From IMG/VR virus record IMGVR_UViG_3300021255_001366, positions 1 through 64,000 of that record: a stretch of 64,000 nucleotides of DNA, one strand, 5' to 3'. Numbering within the stretch: the first letter of the stretch is position 1; each line of letters starts with the position of its first letter. The notes below the pieces were generated by a model. It saw nothing but the letters and a program-made list of their open reading frames with translations, did no database searches and was not told the origin of the DNA. The DNA is from a virus (Duplodnaviria; Caudoviricetes). This document shows, one piece after another, positions 36,958 through 45,587 of this stretch. A program made the position numbers and the translations under genes.

Positions 36958-37941
36958 TTATTTCTTTATTACGTTGGGCTTAGTCGTAGCGCCCGGAGCT
37001 TTACCACCCTTCGGCACTAACACAATCTGAATTGCTTCCATGCGCTTCTTTAAGCCCGTTGTACCAGCGATTTCTCCGTTCTTCGCCCAATCTAACCATC
37101 CATATGTCTGACAGTGTGCCTTGTAGTAAATGTCATACTTATTAGCAGCGTCACCAGTTAACTTAATTTGAATGGCTTCCATGCGCTTGGATTTACCAGT
37201 TGTTCCAGCCACATTACCATTGGCTACCCAACCCATCCATCCTTTATCTTGAACATGGGCGTTATACTGAACACCACCGCTTACACCGCCACCAAGAGCG
37301 ACCTTGATAGCCTCAAGCCTACGTGATTCTCCGGTTGTACCAGCAGTAGCACCATCACATACCCAAGAGAACCATCCTTTGTTTTGTGCGTGTACTTGGT
37401 AATTAACCTTTCCATTGGTAGTAGGCTTAGAGCCACCACCACTCAGACGGTCGTTAACCTTCTTGGCAATGTCAGACATCTTGCTCTTTAAGTACGGTCC
37501 AGGGCAAGCAGTATCAGCGAACATGCAGTGCATTGTAAGGTTTCCAGATGCATCGCCCGTATAATTCAGCCTCGAAATGCCGTTTCTACGACAAATATCA
37601 ACGCAGAGATCAATCAGCTTGTTATAAGCTTTATCAGATACATGCCAATCTCCACCAATTTTATCGTTTGCAACCTCAATGGTTACTGCTTGATAGTCGT
37701 TAGAAGGAGAAAGAGAAGCCCAAGAACGATTCTTCTCCTCTACATACATACCAACACGACCATCAGAGCCGATGCCGTAGTTAGCAGAAGCCTGAGAACT
37801 CTGAAACACGTTTCCACATGTTTCTACACTGAGATTACCAGCCATGTGGTGAATTGTGATTTTCTTATTAGCTCCGGTCTTGGTATTGTAAAACGGAGAA
37901 AGCTTTGTATAGTTAACAAGATTACTGTTGCTGTATGTCAT
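36958..37941 (-). CDS. Endolysin: amidase_2 domain plus ChW repeats
   Basis: ITIHH, SANY, IEVAN, H....T.CPG; three HxQxxGW..GTTG..RxEAI repeats; GGAGGAG RBS before ATG 37941. Confidence 0.9.
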   Translation of the reverse strand: MTYSNSNLVNYTKLSPFYNTKTGANKKITIHHMAGNLSVETCGNVFQSSQASANYGIGSDGRVGMYVEEKNRSWASLSPSNDYQAVTIEVANDKIGGDWHVSDKAYNKLIDLCVDICRRNGISRLNYTGDASGNLTMHCMFADTACPGPYLKSKMSDIAKKVNDRLSGGGSKPTTNGKVNYQVHAQNKGWFSWVCDGATAGTTGESRRLEAIKVALGGGVSGGVQYNAHVQDKGWMGWVANGNVAGTTGKSKRMEAIQIKLTGDAANKYDIYYKAHCQTYGWLDWAKNGEIAGTTGLKKRMEAIQIVLVPKGGKAPGATTKPNVIKK

Positions 37942-38080
37942 CGTACTCCTCCCCCTTTCCATCAACGAGTTCTTTTAAAGTTTCCTCATTGAAGTCCTTC
38001 CCGAACTCAAGACCAGCTTTTTCAAGCTCAATTCTTATCATATCTATGTTATTTTTTATATCTATATTTGTTTTTTCCAT
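37922..38080 (-). CDS. Small acidic protein (52 aa) overlapping the endolysin start
   Basis: MEKTNIDIKNN...DDIQQQ*, GGAG RBS. Confidence 0.5.
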   Translation of the reverse strand: MEKTNIDIKNNIDMIRIELEKAGLEFGKDFNEETLKELVDGKGEEYDDIQQQ

Positions 38081-38095
38081 AATAAAATCTCCATT

Positions 38096-38311
38096 TCATT
38101 CATAAATTTGTGACCATACATCTCCAACCCTTTGAGTCAGTGGTTCGGTATCCGAAAACACCTCAGTGGGCTTTAAAGCAATCTCATCTATTGCAGATTG
38201 CACAGATGTACCAGTAAGACCGCTAGACGTGTTACTATATTGAACTTGTGCAGCAGAGGTAGTATTAGCAACACCACCGTATGCAACACCGTTTTTCATT
38301 ATTAATCCCAT
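38096..38311 (-). CDS. Small fibre linker protein
   Basis: MGLIMKNGVAYGG, VQSAIDE repeat, SDTEP..W; start chosen by RBS. Confidence 0.65.
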   Translation of the reverse strand: MGLIMKNGVAYGGVANTTSAAQVQYSNTSSGLTGTSVQSAIDEIALKPTEVFSDTEPLTQRVGDVWSQIYE

Positions 38312-38343
38312 CTGTAATCTTCCTTTCCAATAAAAAAAAGAAC

Positions 38344-39600
38344 CTATTCGGTTCTCTTGTGTCTCTTTTCCCATGCCACAACTTGTGGCGAATGTATTTC
38401 ATGATTAGCACCATCAAACTCAAGAGTCTTGCAATATTCGAGCATTTCATCGTAAGACATCTTGAATAATTCTGCGATAGTACCATCGGGATCATTGATA
38501 TAATCATAGAAATTACCTATCCAACTTTCACAAAATCTCACATCTGAGTAATGTTTCACTTGATAAAGCATATCTTCAATGTCAGAATACACAATTTCAT
38601 CCCAATATTTGTCCTTCAAACGCTGTCGAAGACGTTTGACATTATCTCTTAACGAGTACCAATCCTCCTCAAGAGGCTCATAATCCGTACTTGCAACCTC
38701 TTTTAAAAAGTCCAAGAAGTTATAAAATGCATAAATTGACATGTTCAAGTACTCATGTTTCATGAATTCGTCCTCTTGATCCTCGAAATTATACTTCTTA
38801 TTGAAATCATCAAAGAAATCTAGGATTGAATTACTGCTTGCCATAGTCCATCCGGACAAATGTTGACCATAATGTGGATCTTTTCTTGACAAAGAATCCT
38901 CATTTGGAAACCAAAATGCGGTTGCTTGACAGTCAGTTTCATGAGTATCATACGGAATTTTAACCGTGATATAGTCGTCAGTATGTGCGATAGCATAGTC
39001 TAACTTGCGAATAAACGGATAATCCTCTCCTTGACGGGAGTTTAAGCCTGTCAAAAAGTGAATATCGTACTCCTCAATGAACTTTCTATTAAAGCATCTC
39101 GACTGCACCCATATGCTATGACCAGGAATGTTATGTTCATAACCTCCGGTGTCGAAAGAATAGAGTAGTCCATGGATACACGCAATAGGTTTTGCATCCT
39201 CATGAGATGCGTTATCATTAATGATGTGCAAAAATCTATCACATGCATTTGGTGCGAGCATGTCATCACAATCTACAAGTAGAAAATAATCGTAATCACC
39301 GTGTTTCCATCCGATTTCACGAGATTCGCCTTGATATTTGTGATCTTCATTGCATATGATAGAAATTTTGATGTGTTCAGTGTCATATGACGACTTAAAC
39401 TCGTCTGAAAAATAATAAGAATACGCAGAACCCCCGTCATTACTACGTCCTTCGAGGTAGTCATCTACCAATATAAGATGTATTTTATACGGGTTCTTTT
39501 TGCTTATAAATTGATGTATTACCGAATATACCATTCTATCCGTTTTACTTCGATCCCCCCACATGGGGGAGACTACGGTAATTCCTTCTTCTTTCTTCAT
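38344..39600 (-). CDS. Glycosyltransferase family 2
   Basis: VVSP, LILVDD, R..G, LLVDCDD (DxD), GED. Confidence 0.85.
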   Translation of the reverse strand: MKKEEGITVVSPMWGDRSKTDRMVYSVIHQFISKKNPYKIHLILVDDYLEGRSNDGGSAYSYYFSDEFKSSYDTEHIKISIICNEDHKYQGESREIGWKHGDYDYFLLVDCDDMLAPNACDRFLHIINDNASHEDAKPIACIHGLLYSFDTGGYEHNIPGHSIWVQSRCFNRKFIEEYDIHFLTGLNSRQGEDYPFIRKLDYAIAHTDDYITVKIPYDTHETDCQATAFWFPNEDSLSRKDPHYGQHLSGWTMASSNSILDFFDDFNKKYNFEDQEDEFMKHEYLNMSIYAFYNFLDFLKEVASTDYEPLEEDWYSLRDNVKRLRQRLKDKYWDEIVYSDIEDMLYQVKHYSDVRFCESWIGNFYDYINDPDGTIAELFKMSYDEMLEYCKTLEFDGANHEIHSPQVVAWEKRHKRTE

Positions 39601-39619
39601 TCCTTTTACCTCATCCTTT

Positions 39620-40570
39620 TTATCCTTCTGTGCTTGTAGTTATAATTGTTTCTGTCTTAACACTCTTGTATAGATACCTTGTTTGATAAATTGACTCATT
39701 AGTAGTAGTAGTAGATGACGTAAACCACTTAGAAGACGTTGAGGTGGATGTTGTAATTGAACAAGATGTATAATAAGGATCGGTTGTCATAGGAATAATC
39801 GATGATGTTTTCTCTTGTTGTGTACAATGTACAATATCGACGTTTGGCGCACCGTTCTTATAATAATATACATTAGTCATTGCTTCGATAATATACGGGT
39901 TAACGGTAGACGTCCCAGTTTGTGTGATTGAATATCGCATAGCACCAACTCCTGCATTAATGGTTGTATTATTGACAAGCAATATGTGCGACACCGTTTC
40001 TCCTATTCCATCAGTATTAGCATAATTCCATCTTAAAGACATTGTATGTATTGTCGTAGCCGTATAATATGCGTATGATTTTTCTGCATAAACACTGGTT
40101 TGTGTAAATATACCAACAGATGTTTTTCCAGGAGTATCAAATATATCCATAGTTCCATTACTACTTGAATACGAATAAGTTCTTGTAATATTTATTAGTG
40201 CAGATCCATTAAAAGAATATGAGTTATTTTTTTGAGTTGTTCCTAACGTCAACGTCGTAGACACAAATGCCCATGTATGTGTGTAATCTCTACCACCATA
40301 AACAAGTCCATTAAAACTACTACTTGATTTTCCTTCAATTCCATATGAAGACCTTACATGTGTTGTTGTATTAACAGTCGTAGTTACCGTCTGCACCGGA
40401 ATATACGTCTGACCACTCTTTGTCACTTCAAGCCTTAATCCAGTAGTCGTATTCGTTGTTAAGTCCAAATATGAATTAGACACCTTTAAATATGGTTGTC
40501 CCGTATGTGTTTCCTTACATTTGTACGATTTTGTCGTACCGTCTTTGTTTAAAACTAAATAAGTCGGCAT
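39620..40570 (-). CDS. Thr/Ser-rich protein, putative fibre or adhesin
   Basis: Very high T/S content. Confidence 0.7.
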   Translation of the reverse strand: MPTYLVLNKDGTTKSYKCKETHTGQPYLKVSNSYLDLTTNTTTGLRLEVTKSGQTYIPVQTVTTTVNTTTHVRSSYGIEGKSSSSFNGLVYGGRDYTHTWAFVSTTLTLGTTQKNNSYSFNGSALINITRTYSYSSSNGTMDIFDTPGKTSVGIFTQTSVYAEKSYAYYTATTIHTMSLRWNYANTDGIGETVSHILLVNNTTINAGVGAMRYSITQTGTSTVNPYIIEAMTNVYYYKNGAPNVDIVHCTQQEKTSSIIPMTTDPYYTSCSITTSTSTSSKWFTSSTTTTNESIYQTRYLYKSVKTETIITTSTEG

Positions 40571-40581
40571 AGTACACCTCC

Positions 40582-40935
40582 TTATTCTTCAATTGAAATG
40601 TTATCTAAACCATTTTCAGATATCAGTGTTTGCATTTCAGATACTTGCGTTTGTAATGTCGCAATCTTATTTAACAATTCAATGATTACAGTTTGAACAT
40701 TTGTAGATACAAGTCCCGTTCCCGTGTTATTAAATGTAACGGCACTTGCACTGAACGACGCGGCTCCACCTCCGGCTCCGTCGACAATAAAATAAACAGC
40801 ACCATTGTTCTGTTCCGATGGAGTTAAGGCATTATATTGCTCTTGTGTTAAAACAATAAGTTTGCCATCAACCCAATCTTTTATAAGGTTGTCGTAGGTT
40901 GACAAACCACTATAATTTAAGAATTCTTTTGCCAT
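40582..40935 (-). CDS. Small fibre linker protein
   Basis: FLNYSGLSTY N-terminus; LTQEQYNAL..VYFI; NVQ..I.EL repeat. Confidence 0.7.
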   Translation of the reverse strand: MAKEFLNYSGLSTYDNLIKDWVDGKLIVLTQEQYNALTPSEQNNGAVYFIVDGAGGGAASFSASAVTFNNTGTGLVSTNVQTVIIELLNKIATLQTQVSEMQTLISENGLDNISIEE

Positions 40936-41012
40936 TTTATACTCCTTTCGTTAGCTTTAATTGCTTTACAAAACAGATTAATCTTTTGCGCATTTTTCTA
41001 AAGCAATTAAAT

Positions 41013-41034
41013 AGGAGGGGCATTACGCCCCTCC
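41013..41034 (-). terminator. Intergenic GC hairpin
   Basis: GGAGGGGC-ATTAC-GCCCCTCC. Confidence 0.6.
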
Positions 41035-41043
41035 GTTAATAAA

Positions 41044-42291
41044 TTATGCTGTGAAAAGAGCCTGGATGTCAGAAGTAGCAATACCAGCGGTAGAAGCATC
41101 AGCATAAGCCTTTGCACCGTTGATTGTATCAGCTGTTGCAAGATCACCAGAAGCACCGATCACTTCGCTCTTTACAGTAGCGGCAGCACCAGCTGCGTCA
41201 TATGCAGCAGAAGCGGTGTAAGCAGCAGTTCCAAGACCGTGAACAGCAACCTCTGTGCCATCAACATCGATAGTACCATTGGTAGCACCTTCGGTTACGG
41301 ACTGTACTGCGCTGTCAGCAAGATCGAGAGAGTTCTGAACAGCTGTAGCAAGCTTAGACTTTGCTACGGAACCAGCGGCAAGCTTAGAACCGTCGATTTC
41401 ATTGATCGTAACGGTAACAACATTGCTGCCATCGATAGTTACAGTAGCCTCAGTATTTGTACCACCTGTGTAAATATCTACAAGGCTGTTTGCGGGGATG
41501 TACAGAGGATTTGCAACGTTCTGAAGAACCAACTCAATATACTTGTCGCCAACCTTTGCTCCGGGATAAGGTTCGTCAGCAACAGTAACAGTTCCAACAG
41601 AGCCGCTCTCAACTACTTTGTCCTTAGGGATGTTAATCGTTCCGATCTTCTCAGAAGCAACAGGGCTTGCAGAAGAACCTGTTGCACCCTGATATACATC
41701 ATAAACCTGAGCATAATCAGCGGTAGTACCAGTAGCTACCATGTAAACCGTCTTGGAAGCAACACCGCCAGCGGAAGCCTCTGCAAGCTCATCAATAGCA
41801 CCCTGTACATCATCAGATGTCAGACCAGAAGTAGTATTGTCATAGTCAACATCAGCAGCGGCACCAGTAGTTGCCACGGTAGCAAGGCTCTGCTCAAGAG
41901 CATCAATCTCTCCGCTTACAGCATCTGCAGTCTCATCAATATATCCAACTACAGTAGTTGCGGTTGCACCTTCCGGAATAGCACCAACAAAAGCGTTAGT
42001 AGCAAGGTCGCTAATAGCAGTAGAAGACTCAGATACTTCACCGTCAGCAACGGATACAACAATCTTTCCACCAGTAGCGGATGCAAGCTTACTCATAAAT
42101 CCAGATACATCGGGGATATCTACGGTATAAGCAGCCGTTCCAGATGCATCTGGAGTCTTGAAGAAGTTAACAGTATTACCAACACGAGTAATACTCTTAA
42201 TAGACTTAGCGTCCTCAGTACCGATATAGTCTTTAATCAGTCCGTCATAAGTTGTCAAGTTTTCAAGTGTCATAAAATTCTTTGTTGCCAT
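41044..42291 (-). CDS. Fibre-like structural protein, paralog of 42356-43390
   Basis: Shared IPKD.VV.SG, GDKYI.L, LYIPANSLVDIYT; Ala/Thr-rich. Confidence 0.75.
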   Translation of the reverse strand: MATKNFMTLENLTTYDGLIKDYIGTEDAKSIKSITRVGNTVNFFKTPDASGTAAYTVDIPDVSGFMSKLASATGGKIVVSVADGEVSESSTAISDLATNAFVGAIPEGATATTVVGYIDETADAVSGEIDALEQSLATVATTGAAADVDYDNTTSGLTSDDVQGAIDELAEASAGGVASKTVYMVATGTTADYAQVYDVYQGATGSSASPVASEKIGTINIPKDKVVESGSVGTVTVADEPYPGAKVGDKYIELVLQNVANPLYIPANSLVDIYTGGTNTEATVTIDGSNVVTVTINEIDGSKLAAGSVAKSKLATAVQNSLDLADSAVQSVTEGATNGTIDVDGTEVAVHGLGTAAYTASAAYDAAGAAATVKSEVIGASGDLATADTINGAKAYADASTAGIATSDIQALFTA

Positions 42292-42355
42292 AGTTTTCTC
42301 CTTTCGAAATTAGAAAAAATGTGTATTAAAAAAACTTGTTATTGTTAACAAGTTT

Positions 42356-43368
42356 TTAACCAAATAATGCTTCGATATCACTATCAGCTACGCTGTCGAT
42401 ATCATCTTGCTGTAATGCGCTGTCTGCAAGGTCGAGAGAGTCGATTACATCACTAGCAAGTTTAGCTCTTGTAACAGAACCGTCTACAAGTTTTGATCCG
42501 TTAATCGCTACGATGCTTGCAGATATTTCATTTGTTGCGCTAATAGCAAGTTGAACCTCAGATGCTCCTTGAGCAGCGGTGTAAATATCCACAAGGCTAT
42601 TAGCCGGAATATACAGATGCTCAGATTGATTCTGGATTTCGAGGTCAATATACTTGTCACCAGGAACAGCACCTTCATACGGCTCATCGGGCGTTACAAC
42701 AGTACCGATCGATCCCGACCGAACTACCATGTCTTTTGGAATGTCAATGCTTCCAACAATAACGTTCTTACTCATGTCAATACTATCAGCACCCTGATAA
42801 ATGCGATAAATCTTGGCATATTCACTTTGTCCACTAGACTCATCTTTTAAGTAAATCGTCTTTGATGCGGCATCGCCTTTCAGGTCTCCCTTAGTAGCAA
42901 GCTCGTCATCTGCGGTATATGCAGAAGAGTCACCTTTTACATAATAGAAACCATTTGTTGTCATATTAATTCTAGTGCCAACATATTTGTCGTCGATTTT
43001 CTTAACTGAGTAAATCTGTCCTGTAAGACCGTTTTCTCCACCGTCGTTAACACCGACAAAAGAAAGCGTTCCATCGTTGTGCTCAAATTTAGCACCGCCA
43101 CCATCTGACTCATTAAAAATAAGAGCCTTGCCGTTAGAACCTTCAATGACTCTCTGTACAAAATTACTTAAATCCGGTTGTGGAAGAGTAATGTTATACT
43201 TAGGAGGAGTGTCGTTGACAGGCTCTTCAACATCATAGAACTTCAGATTATAGCCATCGATTGCTACAGTTTTAATGCTTTTAGCATCTTCTGCTGCGAT
43301 GTAGTCTTTTAAGAGACTGTCATATAAATCTAAGTTCGATAGATTAATGAATTGTTTTACAGCCATTT
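42356..43368 (-). CDS. Fibre-like structural protein (start approximate, MAVKQF)
   Basis: Paralog of 41044-42291. Confidence 0.7.
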
Positions 43369-43397
43369 CTTTTTTCCTTTCTAAGTGCAAATTAAAA

Positions 43398-43419
43398 AGG
43401 CATGGCGATAACCATGCCT
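43398..43419 (-). terminator. Rho-independent terminator
   Basis: AGGCATGG/CCATGCCT plus T tract on the - strand. Confidence 0.7.
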
Positions 43420-43432
43420 AAGTTACCATAAT

Positions 43433-44023
43433 TTATTCAAATAATTGTCGTATTCCTTCATCGTCTTCCGATTGGATATCTCGATCTATTATTTCCTCAA
43501 CAATAGGTTTCACAATGGGTTCTACCAACTCTGCGATTTCACCTTCAATTGATTCTTTTAACGCTTGTATTTTTCCGTCTACGACATCCTCGGTTGTATA
43601 ACCTTTATCCTTAAGGTACTCACTTGTTGCAACCTCAACCACATCTACGGACAAGTCTTCGTTAATAACATACGTATCAAGCTCGTCGGCAGTAATCCGC
43701 CTTATTTTTTTTGTACCATTAATGGTCTGTATAACAACAAGAATATATGAGCTACTATCAAACGTAGTTGGATGATCAGCTGTTATCTTGTGCTGACCTT
43801 GAATCTCATATAATCCATCTTCTAGAGACGATAATATAATTGCTTTTTCAAGTGTGCCTACAATCTTTGGAATACCACAAATCTCAAGTTCTCCGTTTTT
43901 ATTCAAAAACGAGTATTGATCAGTGTCATCTATCCAAATATATGCAGGGTATGTAATACGACCAGATTCAATTGCTTTATAGGCACTTGCTAATGTACCG
44001 TGTGCAAATTTAGGAGTTTTCAT
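43433..44023 (-). CDS. Structural/hypothetical protein
   Basis: AGGAGG RBS; C-terminal GIRQLF. Confidence 0.7.
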   Translation of the reverse strand: MKTPKFAHGTLASAYKAIESGRITYPAYIWIDDTDQYSFLNKNGELEICGIPKIVGTLEKAIILSSLEDGLYEIQGQHKITADHPTTFDSSSYILVVIQTINGTKKIRRITADELDTYVINEDLSVDVVEVATSEYLKDKGYTTEDVVDGKIQALKESIEGEIAELVEPIVKPIVEEIIDRDIQSEDDEGIRQLFE

Positions 44024-44037
44024 ATCTTGCCTCCTCC

Positions 44038-44712
44038 TTACTCGTCTAATTCTATGAATTCAGGATCTTCGTCATCGCCACCGATTTCATCCAAATCGAT
44101 AATTCCATCACGTTCTCCGTCATCCAAATCCTCATCGCCAGGAACAAGGACTTCAACCCCATTACCAATAGGATTACCATCGTGAGTTAGATGAAGAATA
44201 TCTTCGTCACTAATTTCAAGATCATTCGGCATATCATCCTGAAGAGTGGTAATATCACGAGACATCTGATTCATCTGAGCCTTAAATGCTTCAATGTCCT
44301 CAAAATCTACGTTGTCTGTAAATCCTACGGGACGTTCTACTCGAATAATAGTAGAGTTGGTTTCCATCTTATCTATTACCAAAGTATCATCACCTTGTTC
44401 GTACTTGACGAGCGTCAAGCGACATGTCAGATTGCCGGATACTTGGGTAAGCTTGGTTCCAACGGGAAGAACATACCTAATATAGTCCTTATAAAGTTCA
44501 TCATCTGCTGTCAGTACCTCGGAATGAAAATTCCCATTTGGATCTACATACTTGAGTGTTACAATATAATCCTTTAATTCATTTCCTTGATATGTAGGAG
44601 GTATTAAAAACTGGATTTTATCAGTCATATTCTCCTTCATGAATATTACTGTGCGAACAGTCGTATTCAAATTCTTGTACTTATCCATTACAATCGTATA
44701 CACTTTTTTCAT
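44038..44712 (-). CDS. Baseplate upper protein-like (BppU-type N-terminus)
   Basis: Ig-like beta pattern; acidic C-terminus. Confidence 0.55.
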   Translation of the reverse strand: MKKVYTIVMDKYKNLNTTVRTVIFMKENMTDKIQFLIPPTYQGNELKDYIVTLKYVDPNGNFHSEVLTADDELYKDYIRYVLPVGTKLTQVSGNLTCRLTLVKYEQGDDTLVIDKMETNSTIIRVERPVGFTDNVDFEDIEAFKAQMNQMSRDITTLQDDMPNDLEISDEDILHLTHDGNPIGNGVEVLVPGDEDLDDGERDGIIDLDEIGGDDEDPEFIELDE

Positions 44713-44720
44713 TCACCTCC

Positions 44721-45308
44721 TTAATTATATGGTTGTGCCCAGAAGAATCCATCATGTTGATATGAAGGCTCTGTGTCTGAGACAATTTCTAAGCCACTAA
44801 CAATTGAAGCAGCTTGCTCAACGCTTTCTGCTGCGTTAACCTCACTAATATGTGCGGCTTCTGCGCTTTGAACAGCAAGTTCTGAACTATGAACAGAGAT
44901 AGGAGCAGCCTCAATAGCTTGTTGTATTAATCCTAATTCGTCTTGGCTTTCGATATCTCCATCTTGTACGGTTGATTCTTCAACCTTGATAATGCCAGTA
45001 ACAGTTGCAATAACCGTTTCGCTTTCGGTTAACGACAATTGATATTTACACTTCCCAGGAATTGAGGTTATTTGTTCTGTTATTTCAACTGAAACAATAT
45101 TGTCAGTAATAGAGCCATAGCTAAGCACAACATGCCCATCAGGCTTTTTTAACTCAAACGCAACAGCAACACCAGTAAGGTCTAATGGCTCACCATCTTT
45201 GGTGACCTCAAACTGTACTTGATATCCGCGATTGTATTGTTTCGCATAGATTTGTTCATATGTTTGATTATCACGAATATCAATTCTGATTATTTGTGAG
45301 TTCTCCAT
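44721..45308 (-). CDS. BppU N-terminal (DUF2479-like) baseplate protein
   Basis: AKQYN, DGEPLDLTG, KKPDG motifs. Confidence 0.75.
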   Translation of the reverse strand: MENSQIIRIDIRDNQTYEQIYAKQYNRGYQVQFEVTKDGEPLDLTGVAVAFELKKPDGHVVLSYGSITDNIVSVEITEQITSIPGKCKYQLSLTESETVIATVTGIIKVEESTVQDGDIESQDELGLIQQAIEAAPISVHSSELAVQSAEAAHISEVNAAESVEQAASIVSGLEIVSDTEPSYQHDGFFWAQPYN

Positions 45309-45585
45309 TATTTACCTCCTGATTTAATATTAATAAATCTTCATCATTTACGGATAAATCATGATTTAAATCCATTCGATATGAGAAAAACATATCTGGA
45401 ACAACCATAATAAATCCTTTTTGTCTTTGTTCTACATAAAAACTTAACATACGATAATCAACATCATTTACGATGCCGTCCTTATCATAATCACCAACCG
45501 TGAAATAATTATTTTTAAACAATAAAAAAACGCATATAGCAACTATTACTAATGCGTAAAAAGGTAATAATCTCATTTTATTCAT
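45280..45585 (-). CDS. Membrane-anchored or secreted dockerin-like protein
   Basis: N-terminal TM; GDYDKDGIVNDVDY and MDLNHDLSVNDEDL duplicated Ca-binding loops. Confidence 0.75.
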   Translation of the reverse strand: MNKMRLLPFYALVIVAICVFLLFKNNYFTVGDYDKDGIVNDVDYRMLSFYVEQRQKGFIMVVPDMFFSYRMDLNHDLSVNDEDLLILNQEVNNGELTNNQN

Positions 45586-45587
45586 AA

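Noticed and set aside
35162-40570. Diversity-generating retroelement acting on fibre genes
   Set aside because: No reverse transcriptase or TR/VR pair seen in the window
41239-42348. 369-aa + strand ORF and other long shadow ORFs (e.g. 50591-51400)
   Set aside because: Antisense to real genes with biased codons; no RBS and implausible composition
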